DNA from: Tubulanus polymorphus | Lineage: Eukaryota; Animalia; Nemertea | Direction of reading: 5' to 3' | NCBI RefSeq assembly: GCF_964204645.1 | Contig: NC_134031.1 | Coordinates: forward strand, 19,599,910-19,663,909 | DNA: 64,000 nucleotides | Shown: in pieces, positions 35,680 to 47,618 of the stretch | How positions within the stretch are numbered: the stretch's first letter is position 1 | Layout of the letters: the number at the start of each line of letters is the position of its first letter | The notes under the pieces: model-generated | Seen by the model: only the letters and a program-made list of their open reading frames with translations | Databases searched by the model: none | What the model was told of the DNA's origin: nothing | Position numbers and translations under genes: made by a program

Positions 35680-38252
35680 TCACGAGAAATCGAACAGTGA
35701 ATTGAAGTTTTTCGAGTTATGAAAAATGAAATATCCGGCGATACTGAAATTAACACCGATACTAACTCCTAGCAGTATCTGTATAAATGTGCTCTTCATC
35801 CATGAATTCGCTTCAACTGAAAATACAAAATATCAAACACGTCAGATAAAACCAAAAATATTTAATAGGTCTCAGTAAGGGGATCAAATTGCCACTTGAC
35901 ACGGTTTGGTAGTTACACTAATGCAATACATATAGGAATGAATATAGAATCCACAAACATTTCCCGAATTTGTGGTCGATTTCATAGAAACTTTGCCATT
36001 TTGATAGAAAAGAATTCAGGAGGAGACATTAAATTACTCACGTGAAGTGATTCTAGAATGAACTGATGCTAATGATTCGTCTAAACTCGGTGAAGTCGTG
36101 TGAACTGCTTGAACTTGCGTCGACCGCGAAGAACTCGACGAACTTTCGCTGTGATTCTCGCCGAACGAATGATTCTCTAAATATTGACAAACTTTATTCC
36201 GACTCATTTCCCATTTCGTCGCTGTAAAAACATGAAATGTTCAGTTAGAAAATGGCCATGACTGATAATGAATGGATGACAGAGTTGTTACAGAGAATCA
36301 GAAATTGCCCGATATTTCTAAGATTGAAATATAAGTATTTTCAGTGTGGGTTGTTTCTTTTCAAGAGGTTCCTTGTGCCACTCATCACCAGCAATAACGA
36401 CATAACACAGAATAATCAAATTCCCTGAGTTTCAAATTGAGTTAGAATTCCCCGTTAGAAAATTAAATCCGGAATTTCTTGATCTCTAAGGGACGTAGAC
36501 GAAGGGTTCTATAAATATGATCGTGGTTACCTGAGCGTTTTGAACTGGTTACACTAGGAGCGCCACCTATAAACCGCGCTGGTCTCAGGATACCAGTCGT
36601 CGATGACGGATTGAACACCGAAGATGATGAATTACTGATATTACTTTGATTGGAAAACGAACCACCTGAAAAATAATACATCACAGACATATATTACAGA
36701 TATTACATCCGACTTACGAATGGTTTACTGTATATTCAGTAATCAATAAAAGCTTCTATGTATAAATGAATGAATTACCGAGGTTTGATTTCGGATATGG
36801 TATTGTATTTGATGTTGTTGATGACGGCCGACCGAGGGACATGGACTCGAAATATCTCGCCACAGAATTCGAACCAGATTTGTCTGTAAAATTGCTGTGA
36901 TGATTGTTTTCTGTTAATAGAGGAGCCGCTGCAGCTGCCTGCTTGAAAGAAAAAATATAAACAGTCGGTAAATTTTAGCTGATGAAACCATATACAATTT
37001 ACCGACGTAACAAACTTCCTATTTGAAGTTGAACTTACGTTTCCAAACAAATTCTTGCGCAAGATTTTATCCTGAGAATCAATTTCTTCTTTCACCAGTT
37101 CCCTGCACATGCTACACAATTCATAGCTCTTTTCGATTTGCATCTGGAATTTTTGTATCTCCAAATCATAGTTATCCTGCAAGATCATCATTTGAATTCT
37201 ATATCACTAGTGTAGGGATGAAGCAGTAAAAAATCAATCCAAGACTCATGTGTTTGAATGTGGCTAGAGTTTCTTTCTTGATTAAAAGTACAACTCTGAC
37301 CTCTCTCCCTTTGGTCAAGACAAAGAGCATAGCTCTGTGGTTTGAGGGGAAAAGAATCACTGAATCTGCTAATAATGCTTGTAGTAACATTCAGCCGATT
37401 GAGCAGATGAAAAGAAGAATTGCTTGGTATAAAAACCACCCAGAAAAAACTCAATGAAACTAAAAGATTACCTCATTGTAAGGAACATAGTTCGCTAACT
37501 GTCGAACTTTCAGCGTTTGTTTCTGATTACAGCTGTGACAAAGCTTCTTCGCGCACGTGCTAAATTTATCTGATGATCGACAAGAAGAAGGCGGAGACTG
37601 ATGATTGACAGACGTAAATTCTTTGAACTGAGCCATAATCGGCCGGTTATAATCACCATCCTGAATCAGAAACAAATATAGTCAATGTCATACTTAAGCA
37701 GGTCCGTACCTGTGGCTAGCTCATTAGTCTAGTATCTAGCCGTTGTTCCTCAAACAGTTGTAGGAGACCGTAACAACATCTGGTATTCAGACAAGCTAGC
37801 TGATAGCACCAAGCTTCACTTTAATAGACTTTGAACTACTCCCTAAAAAAGATTACCTAGAACAGAAAAACCACATCTTAAAAGGATTTTGAGTTTAAGA
37901 GATATGTTTTACCTCAGTAAAGCCATTATATTGATTGCATGAAGGACAATTCCAACTGTTGATGTTACTGTATAAAACAGTGGTGTCTTCCTGGCAAAAC
38001 CAACAATTCACTTCAACTTGACGTCTCGGCCTAAAAGTGGTAAACAAAGAAATATTACTGAGGAAATATTAATTTTCATTGAAAATTGAATAAAATCCGC
38101 GGGTCCGCAGGCGTCGTCGTGCTGCTCTTATTTTACCTGATAAAAGTGACATAAATCAAACGAATGAACGTCATCGTAATTCCTAAAATACACGTTAACG
38201 CCAACGAAGCGAGTAACATGTGAGAATAGTCGTTAAAATCGACAGAAAACAT
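35680..38252 (-). CDS. TMEM201: TMEM201/Samp1 (Ima1 family) inner nuclear membrane protein, 8 exons, ~402 aa
   Basis: Exons 38252-38137, 38030-37913, 37660-37472, 37176-37003, 36938-36779, 36665-36531, 36221-36042, 35816-35680; phases consistent, total 1209 nt. Ima1 N-terminal signature VNCWFC...WNCPSCNQYNGFTEDGDYNRPI, further LCHSC and LCSMC pairs, and hydrophobic segments at both termini. Confidence 0.88.
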
Positions 38253-38895
38253 GATTTTGGACTGATTTTAAAATTCTTCGTGCCGGTGAATAATCGACCG
38301 CATCACCACCTGGTGGCGGGAATCAGAAGTTGATTAGGTTCGAATCCTGCAAAATCCACATGAACATCATAACGTTCACTCTCTTGATAACGTATTTATT
38401 AATTCAAGATTCTAATCAAGTTGATGAATTGATTTTATTCTTAAAATATGAATATTTTTTCTTTCACGATTTGGAATATTTTTCGTGAAACATTCTGCGC
38501 TTATGAAAAAGGTCAATGTTCCATGAATAGACGGGAGTGAAATAATTAAGTTTTATTAAAATTATTGCTTAGATAACGAACTGTACGGGTAATAAATCCT
38601 TTCAACATCTAAATATAGGTTATCGTTTTCTATAGAAAAGGTTTTTTCGTGAAGACAGCTCAATTTCTGGGCAAAAATGCCATAAATCTATCCACGGAAC
38701 CCAAAAAATTCAATCCAATTCCAAATGTAGATAATTTATTACGCACTTTTTCAATTTTATTCGTACATGGAAAAAAGTGTAATAGATTCTCAAAAACATC
38801 CGATAAAATGTTAGTCTCCGGTTTTTCTGATGAATAATTAATTGTTATCCGCTATGATTTGTAGAAGCGTAGAAAACTGATTGCGTTAAGAAATA
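38253..38895. promoter_or_regulatory. Bidirectional promoter region between TMEM201 and FTSJ1
   Basis: Divergent start codons separated by 643 bp; contains a CTCF-like motif (38304-38318) and a B box (38337-38347). Confidence 0.6.
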
Positions 38896-41800
38896 ATGGG
38901 TAAATCATCGAAGGACAAACGAGATGTTTATTACAGGTTGGCTAAAGAGGAAGGATGGAGAGCTAGAAGTGCATTTAAATTATTGCAAATTGATGAAGAA
39001 TTCAATATTTTCAAAGGTAGCTTCTATTTTTGAAGAAATAAATGAATCATTAAAATTGCTTAACTACAATTAATGTTTCCTGATTTCCTAGGTGTTCAGA
39101 AAGTTGTAGATCTGTGCGCCGCCCCGGGAAGTTGGAGTCAAGTACTTGCAAGAAAAATACGGTAATTCATCTGATTGATGTGAAAAATTGAGAGAGATGA
39201 AAACGTGCCAAAAATTCAAGAGAAGTGTCTAAAAATATTATGATCCCTATTAATGCCATGAAAAAATATGGTAAAGTATTTTGTTGTAAAAAAATGTTCA
39301 AATAGCCAATTTTAATGAATTAAACAATATGAAAACTACTGAGGTCATTAATTTCACCCCTGCCTCAAGTGCGTGAGTGTGTGTGTGTGTGTGACTGGTT
39401 GCAAAACTGTGGAACTTAATCCAGAACCATAGAATTGGGTCCAGAACTGTGGAACCGAATCCAGGAATTGGGTTCATAAGTGTGGAATTGAATTTCTTAT
39501 TTCATGATAGTAAACTATTTTCTAGGGGTGAAGGTAGCAGTGTAGATGAAAATGTGCGAATTGTTGCAGTAGATCTACAAGCGATGGCTCCAATTCCAGG
39601 AATCATACAGATACAGGGTGATATAACCAAGGTAGGCCTTTCTTTTCCTTATATATATATATACCATAAAATCCCGCACACTAAGAATGCAAAAAAGGGC
39701 CCTAAATATTTCCATGAGCTAGTGTAGGAATACCTATTATTCCTGATATCAAGCAATGAACTAATGCCTTATACCAGGTATTCCTGAAAATGACGTAGTA
39801 GGGTATGGTCGTAAAAAGATTGAATAAACAACTATCTCAGGGAAAAATTTCGAACTCATGTTTCATTATGATTGTGAGGCTTTATTTTGTCATTACAACA
39901 TGGACAGTGTTTCATTAATGTCTAGTTACTACAGTCAACATCAGGGTTGACTGTACCGGTATTTCTATTTTTATCTGCTATTCAGTAATTCGATCCTCTT
40001 TCTAATAGATATCTATATTAATTAATTAGGTGTCTACTGCTTCGGAGATAATTAGTCAATTCGAAGGAGATCATGCTGATCTGGTAGTCTGTGACGGTGC
40101 TCCTGATGGTGAGTTAGAGTATTGGGGATTCGTGGGGAATGCAAGAATTGACCAGGTGTTGCTAGTACACATTCGGACAACAAAGCCAGATTTCTTCTCG
40201 GATTCAATTGAAATTTATCCACAATTTCCCAACTTCTACAAATGATGAAAAGAAATGCGTTATAAAACCCTAAAAATCACTCAGTTTATAAAGCCCGATG
40301 TTTTATGCGTAAGGATAAGGTAAATTAGATTATGATTGAACTGTCCTATGCACACAGTGGCATAGCTTAGCCGGTGCATTTCAGGATTCTCATTTTACCA
40401 TTTATAAAACCAGTTTTCAAATCATCTTCAGTAATAGTTGTTTGTGAATTTGTTTTTTAGTCACTGGTTTACACGATATCGATGAATATATTCAAGCTCA
40501 GTTGCTGTTAGCTGTAAGTTTTTCTCCACTACTTGCCTTCTGTTACCTTCAAAGCACCAAGTCTATATCAGCGAACTCATTCAGTCTTATTCTCGGCCTG
40601 AACCAACATTTCAGCTACCCGGTATCCAATTTTAGCGTGAGAAAATTTTCATGGATTGCTCCTAGACTTTGGAATAAGCATATTGACTCTCCACAACTTT
40701 GTTTTACATGGAACACTGTGCTATACAAGGACTATTATTATTATCATTATAATTATTATTGTTATTGCTTTTAGTATTATTACTGCAGAATGAAATATTT
40801 CTATTTCAGGCTTTAAATATCACAACACATGTATTAAAACCTGGTGGAACATTCGTCGCGAAGGTACGTTGAATTCATTCACTAACTCCCGATTCTTACT
40901 GATCAGGAAATCCAAAATTTTCTGATATTTCCCTAATTTTCTTTGATCCTCGACCAAAAATCAGATTACATTAATTATATCTATCTACTTAATAACCCAA
41001 GTGGAGGCTGTTCCTTATCAAGAGGTTCCTTTTTCCACTGATCACCAGCAAGAACAAGACATCGAAAATTCAAATTCACTGAATTTTCCCCCGATTTTCA
41101 AGAAAACAGACAGAATTCCCTGATGTCATGCAGTCTGTATAGATATTATATTAAACTTTCGTGTAACTTGCAATGATTTTCAGATATTTCGCGGTAAAGA
41201 CGTCACCCTGTTGTACTCGCAGTTGAAAATATTTTTTCCATTGGTCACGATCGCAAAACCGAGAAGTAGCCGAAACTCGAGTATAGGTAAGTTATACGCA
41301 GTGTAGTCATTTCAGTTGAAACCTGAGGATTGAAATTTTTTCTATTTGGAATTCAAACCTTCTTTTCGCTTTAAGGAATTTATTGTTCATTTCAGAGGCT
41401 TTCGTCGTGTGTCAGAATTATTCCCCGCCTGAGGGGTACGTGCCGAACATGTCTAATCCACTGCTCGATAATCATTACGGTATGTTTTGATTTATAACTA
41501 CAGGGTTCTTACGGATCAGGGATTATCTGAGAATTCTGACTTGGTTAATCGGGCAAAAATCCTGCAATTTGAATTTCTGGTCTATTGTTGTTCTCGTTGA
41601 TGACGAGTGGCACGAGTAATCATCTGATTTCAGAAGCAGCCTCGATTGAAAATATCTTATGATTTAATCAGACAATTTTTTGTCAATGATCAGGGAAAAT
41701 CAAAGACACATCAGGGAATTTTGGTTTACTGTAGCTTCCTGTATTATATCAGTATTTCTACTTTGTCATGATTTCCTAGTCAGTAATTGTCGGTAATTGT

Positions 41801-44800
41801 TGCGTATTCGATGCACACCTATAACCAGTGATTTGGATGACGTTTTGTATTCGGATAGTACGATCGGTACCCTTCAGTTTATTTCTTGATTATCTTTAAA
41901 AAATCCTAGACATCCCCGACAACTGTAGATGAATTCGGATTTGCTTGCCATCCACTTATACTGGAGTATACTACTTTCATCGAGCTGAACTTCTTTGACT
42001 TATGTTATTTTGGGTTTCGATTTTCGTATCGGTAATAAATCTCTACGTGTGACAACAGATGTGTAAAGTCTCAGGTCTCAGTTAGTAATATGATACCACT
42101 TTCCTGTATGTCAGACGAGAGAGTGCGCGCTATGAAATATCAGTAGGATAGGATTCGTCATTGAAATACTTACAGTATTACCAGTTATATGTAGTGTGAA
42201 TGAGTGAGTGGTGCTAATCTATACAATAACTGTTGACATTTCCCTAGTTTATGATTGTGATATTCTCGTCACGTATAAACACAGCACAGTCCAGTTTCAT
42301 CTTACAGTTAAAATCTCATTTTTTGGGGGTTGGGCTGTTCGTTAGTAGGTAGGTCAACCGATATGACCGATCAATTGATGCATTATTCTCAACGATGAGC
42401 ACAATGATTAATCATAATAAATAATCATAATGAATAATCACGATAAAATGATGATATATCAGTCTATTCAGTCTAAAAGTTCTTAATTTTCTTCGAAGAT
42501 GGAATTCTGATAAATCTGGAATCTTTTGAAATATCATCCGAAGTAATTCCTTGCACAATTTTGCCGATTTTTAGCGAAGTTTTATTGGTTACTTCAAGAT
42601 TGTAATATGCACAACAATCAATACCTTAAACTCTTAGTTAAACTGGATCCATTTTTGAACAGTTTTACGCAAGAACTTTTTTCATTGTCAAGTTTTTTAA
42701 AGCGAAGTGCTGATTTATTTCAGATGCTGATTTCAACCAACTCGAAGGCGTCAATCGAGTGATCGTCCCGTTTTTAGCTTGCGGGGATCTGAGTGCTTAT
42801 GATTCGGATAAGACTTACCCACTGGAGGTATGTACGCCTATAATTTCTAACTACAGATAAGTAGAACCTACTGATGCTCGTCTAGTCGGGATCAGAAATG
42901 AAAAATGGTCGCTCAGCAAACAATGAACTGTTTATTTATTTTTGATTATTGGTAGAACGGAAATTAGAAAAAAAGTCTGGATGAATTTTCTTTGACCGAG
43001 GAAATTCTAGGATTTCAGGAAATTAATTGGCTATCACCAGCGGTTGCATGAGGGGGTCGTGTTAAAGGAGGTTATGGGCTGATAAAACTTGGCCTCGCCT
43101 TAATAAAGTGGAATAGTAAATCACATTTTCGTTGTACGAAATTTGATTTTGTCTCCAAATTTAATTAATTGGAATTCATTCTCGAAAAAAATGAGGAAAC
43201 AAATTTACGAGATCAAAGGATTTTAACGGATGATTAATTTTCTAGAGACAAAAGAAAAATCTTGAAATTCAGTTTTTAAGCGATGGTTTTCCAAAATGTT
43301 ACGGGCTCGGATTCATTGGTTTCAAATTCCCGTCGCGGTTTCCTAATACTGCAAGCAGATCAGATCTCGCAGGCACACGATTTAGATGATTAATTAATGC
43401 GATTATTTGCGAAAGAAATTTCAATGTTCGTTTCCAGTTTCGATCGATTCGATTACGCAATTCGCCTGGATCGCATTGTCTCGTGTGCAGCGCGGTGAAT
43501 GGAACTGGCGGTAAATCCTCGCGTAATCGTTACAACGATTCGAACCTCAGGGGACCAGAAAATATGCTTTTTGTTTCTTAGTTTGATTTCGCTTTATTTC
43601 GTGTGGATGTTTAGTTTTCCAGAAGACTAACCCGATGAATTGTTCCTTGTCTATAACCTACGTTGTCTCTTCGTTTTAAAGACCGTGTTGTAGCCTCTAG
43701 TTCAATATGTCCCGTATGAAATTACTGAAAATTGTCCTATTAGAGACGAACTTTTGGTTCGTAATAACCGATAAATCTTTATATCCGAGGTCGTTTTAAC
43801 GAGGTTCCACCCGACGACCGTAATTCTCGATTCGATCATATCTAAATGAAACTGAAACTTATTCCAGAATGCGTGCTTATGTGTGCACCATAGCGCGGGC
43901 TTCCGTATCCGTCATCATCCACTGGCGGTTATCGGATGACGAGTAGGCTTTAGAATCGTCGAGTAGACCTGCGGTGAATCATCTAGACCGACTTAGTTAT
44001 TCGGTACTTCGGGTCATGTTTTCTTCCTCGAATGACCGTTACGTTAAAAGGAGTGGTGGTTTCTTCCAAGTCGAGATGAACTACATGTATTTTGAATAAT
44101 GCATCAATCAGTGAAATCATATCTGGTTTCGTCGAGAGAAGTTCGTCTTACCGTTTTATGTACTTTTTCGACGTTGACTCCATTCGTCATGTTGCGCTAG
44201 TTTCCTATCAGACGTTACCGACCTCGAACACTGTTTCATAACCTGCAGTGCCTGCTTCATCCGGTTCATTTCGGGCCATTGATATCTCGGGGTGGCCACT
44301 TACCTGGTAATCCGGGAATTTTCATTTCTTCAAAAAAGTCGGGGAATTTTGTTAAAAAAAAGAGCTAGATGTCAGGAAAATTTGTTGAGATAACTAGATC
44401 GCACGTGATATCAAACAGTTTTAGTCCATGTCTTATGTATTTGACTGTATTAATTGATTGGATCTATAGTAGATCAAGTCAGGGAAAACGACGTGCTTGT
44501 AAGGGTATAGTCAGGGAAAACGCAAGTCGAGTGAAAGTGGCTACCCTGAAGTAATCCGATTTATGAACAACACAGATCACATATACATGTACCATGTATT
44601 TTAGATGCAGATTAATTAATGATATTCGGATAAGATCGGGGATACGGATTAAAAAGATCTGAATTAAGCGCGTTTGAAATTCTATGTGAGGTTTATGTTT
44701 GAATTTCGTAATTTGTTTTGTTTCAGCTGGAACCCGGTAAATCGTACACGTATCACCCACCGACTCAGGAACCGATTACTCCGCCGTATAAACAAGCGTG

Positions 44801-44966
44801 TCACCTGCGGAAACACGATCAACTCGTAAAATCGAGCAGCGCATCTCCCCGAACTCAAACCATCTCGACAACAGCCAGCGAGCCGTCGCAACTCGCTGAT
44901 ATCACCGAGGACTCACTAGAGGGAGCTGTCGGAGGCGTTGATAGTATTACAATATCTAATGATTGA
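38896..44966 (+). CDS. FTSJ1: tRNA (cytidine32/guanosine34-2'-O)-methyltransferase, TRM7 ortholog, 10 exons, ~337 aa
   Basis: Exons 38896-39016, 39092-39161, 39526-39631, 40030-40108, 40461-40513, 40810-40863, 41184-41286, 41396-41479, 42724-42827, 44727-44966; total 1014 nt. Motifs [78 protein letters not shown]. Confidence 0.96.
39377..39393. repeat. (GT)n microsatellite
   Basis: Direct reading of the sequence. Confidence 0.8.
39779..39920 (+). mobile_element. Highly decayed single arm of the hammerhead element in FTSJ1 intron 3
   Basis: TATTCCTGAAAATGAC...GTCG...TTGAATAAACAACTATCTCA...CAACATGGACAGTGTTTCATTAATG is collinear with the right arm and the reverse complement of the element's left extension. 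Confidence 0.55.
40550..40785 (+). mobile_element. Degraded 3' end of an L2/CR1-group LINE in FTSJ1 intron 5
   Basis: Translation [13 protein letters not shown] resembles the RxFSxxAPxLWN C-terminal motif of L2/CR1-group ORF2; followed by GCTATACAAG and a (TAT)n tail. Confidence 0.55.
44288..44548. mobile_element. MITE with CAGGG-type terminal inverted repeats (copy 1)
   Basis: Ends CGGGGTGGCCACTT / AAGTGGCTACCCTG; internal sequence aligns with 53272-53522. Confidence 0.7.
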
Positions 44967-45542
44967 CGGGACCTTAAATTGTCGTCTGGGAATCTCTGTC
45001 AAGTTGGTGAACCTTGTTTCATTAGAGCCAAGCGGTAATCCGTGTTGCACGCCCCGCTACCGGTGTCCTGTGTTGTAAACAATGATGTTCAAGTTAATTT
45101 TCGAATTATTCGATGTAGATTGTCTAAAACTACGTGAATCGTATTAGGCTGAAAAATGATATTGTATGAATGTTAAAAGAAAAACAAGATTTCTGAGAAT
45201 TATATAGAATAATTCTTTTGAAATGAATGTTGTTTTTGTTAGTGGTGCTCGGTGATACATTTATATCGATGAAATAGAGATCTACTCTACAGATATATCG
45301 GACCTAGTCAGAAAGCCCTTTTCCAGGTAGAATAGACCATCGATCGTTTATCGTTGATAACCGCGATGAAAGCGAGATCCCAGCTCTCTACCGTCCTACG
45401 CTGTAGGTGAAAGACTAACACTGCGGGTAAATCACAGAAATCCAATCGAACAGTTATATTTTACCAAGAAAATATCAATTTCATTGGCCGATAAGTTTTT
45501 AGATAAATGTTCGGCAAATGGTCTCCGTGAAACGACGACACC

Positions 45543-47618
45543 TCACCATACGGAGCGACCCACTCTCACTATCGTGTTCAATTTCCGTCGACGTCTCAGC
45601 TTTTTCAGAATTTTTGTCTCGTACGTCTGAGAAAAAGAACAAACAAAATACATCTTACATCATAGTTCATGAAACAGTTGAGATTAAAGCAGATAATCTA
45701 TATTAAAAGTAAAATTTACGTATTCGAAATAGAGATAACGTTTGAGATTCTAATGAGTACTAAAACCTTCGACCGTTAAATTCATTCGACTGATCATCCA
45801 ACCATGGAGTACATCTAATTCAATGATGATCATCCAACTTTGGAGTTGTTCAATGATTACTCCAAGACCTAACTATCTGCATATACAATCTACACTTCGA
45901 TTTCAAAATCAAACTCCCCTCAGTTCCCGACGAGATGTGATGAATTCGTAAGGAGCACCTAATCAAATCCTAGGGACATTCATCCCTTTATTTCAAGATA
46001 GACACAAAACCTATTTCACTTCATCTCTGAATTTACACAACTGAGCATTCGATAATGAATAAATACAACGTGTGGGCGATGAATTTAAACTTAAAAATGC
46101 ACCTTATTCATATAACATACCGTGGTAGAATTACAGCTTCAATAGCTAGAAGTGAAATAGGGAAATAAGTTGCCTGCAGGATAAACCACACCTCTTAGTA
46201 GTTCACATATAAAAAGAATTATAAGAATTCAGTGTATATACACAAAGTATATCCGGGTGTATTTAAAAATAAATAATTCAGATAAAAAACAATGCACTGA
46301 ATATCTATATGGAATATGAATACGTAGGAAACGCCTTCAATTTTTTGTAGATTCAATAAAAACTGAACTTCACCGGTTTTTTTTCTATTTTCGATATTAC
46401 CTCATCGCAGTAGGTCAACGGGCCAATGATCTTTGGATAGGACACTTTTTGTATATAACCCGGGCAGCACGGGGCGTCGCAGACAGTGACGTCACGGAAC
46501 TTCTTCCATCCTCGCATGCAGCATAGAAACTGAAATGAATATTGAAAAGGGATCATCTTTCATCGGCAGTTCTGTAGCTACTTTTTGTAGATATACGAAT
46601 GAAATTCAGCAGTTATACAGAAAGCTAGCTGATTTCTTGAGCTATATCTTATCATCATATTCAGGAATGCCGAATATTCCTGATGATGACTTAAGGATAA
46701 AGTCCAATGAAATATAGGCTGAGAAAACTTTTCGGATTCGTATTTCTTTTTTATTATTTTTGGTTTTGTCTTTCATCACGGTTTGTAACCCGGTAAGAGT
46801 CGCGTTTCACCGAGATTCCATTAGAAAATAGAAAAAATGACCCGATTATGATTTTAACTTGGCACCTTTCTGGGTGAAATTTCTCTTCCTGAGGTATAGA
46901 CGAGAAATGTGGCGGCGGTGGCGGCGGCAATCAACGACGAGAAAAAAGGTGAATCCATCATGAAACCGTGGATTCATTGTACCCGAATCATGCATTGATG
47001 ATCCCTGTCGAGTGCCATTCATTAGTGAGTGACGAAATAAATGACTTGTATCGTCAATAATCGTCACTGAAAGTCGATGGTTTTGCGGAGGAGGAGATCA
47101 ACTTGCATCTCAAATCATCGGACTATTTAACTGATGTCATATTGTCCACAAATTTACTCAAATATTCTAAAACGATTTAGTTTCTACTGTGTTAATTTGG
47201 GTATGATCGACTAAATTTGAGATTGACGTCGACTAGCTTTATTGGTTGCAAATTGAAATTAGATATATATTACACTATACTAATACGATATTAAAATTTG
47301 TAATATTATAAAGAAAAATCTGAAATATTACAACAATAAACAGAATGTGATATGTAATGAATGATTCTAATACGACAGCAACGATCGAAAAACTTCATGA
47401 GACGAACTTTTAATTCATTTCAGTTAAGGAACAAAATATTATTGCACGCCAAAAATCCACGTACAAAACTGATATTTGATCGTTTGATCTGACGCGAAAA
47501 ATTAACAAATGTATGATTTATTTACCTGGTCGTCCGCATTGGCATCGTTCCAGGTGAAGACAACGAGGAAAGAACAGAATAAAATCCAAGTCAATTTGCT
47601 GCTTCTTCTGGAAAACAT
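45543..47618 (-). CDS. Uncharacterised small secreted cysteine-rich peptide precursor, 3 exons, 101 aa
   Basis: Exons 47618-47526, 46529-46401, 45626-45543, all phase 0 with strong GT-AG sites. Protein: MFSRRSSKLTWILFCSFLVVFTWNDANADDQ / FLCCMRGWKKFRDVTVCDAPCCPGYIQKVSYPKIIGPLTYCDE / TYETKILKKLRRRRKLNTIVRVGRSVW*. Confidence 0.72.

Noticed and set aside
43985-44242. Nested antisense exons in FTSJ1 intron 9
   Set aside because: A GTAAG donor is present, but the acceptors lack pyrimidine tracts and the frames do not join into a credible ORF.
21710-44966. Functional cluster of tRNA genes with the tRNA methyltransferase FTSJ1
   Set aside because: Known TRM7/FTSJ1 substrates are mainly Phe, Trp and Leu tRNAs, not Ala or initiator Met, so proximity is probably coincidental.
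46846-47070. Extra exon of the secreted peptide gene, or a C/D snoRNA (TGATGA...CTGA)
   Set aside because: The open frame is phase 1 and incompatible with the phase-0 junctions. The box pair is antisense to the host intron, with no terminal stem or recognisable guide.
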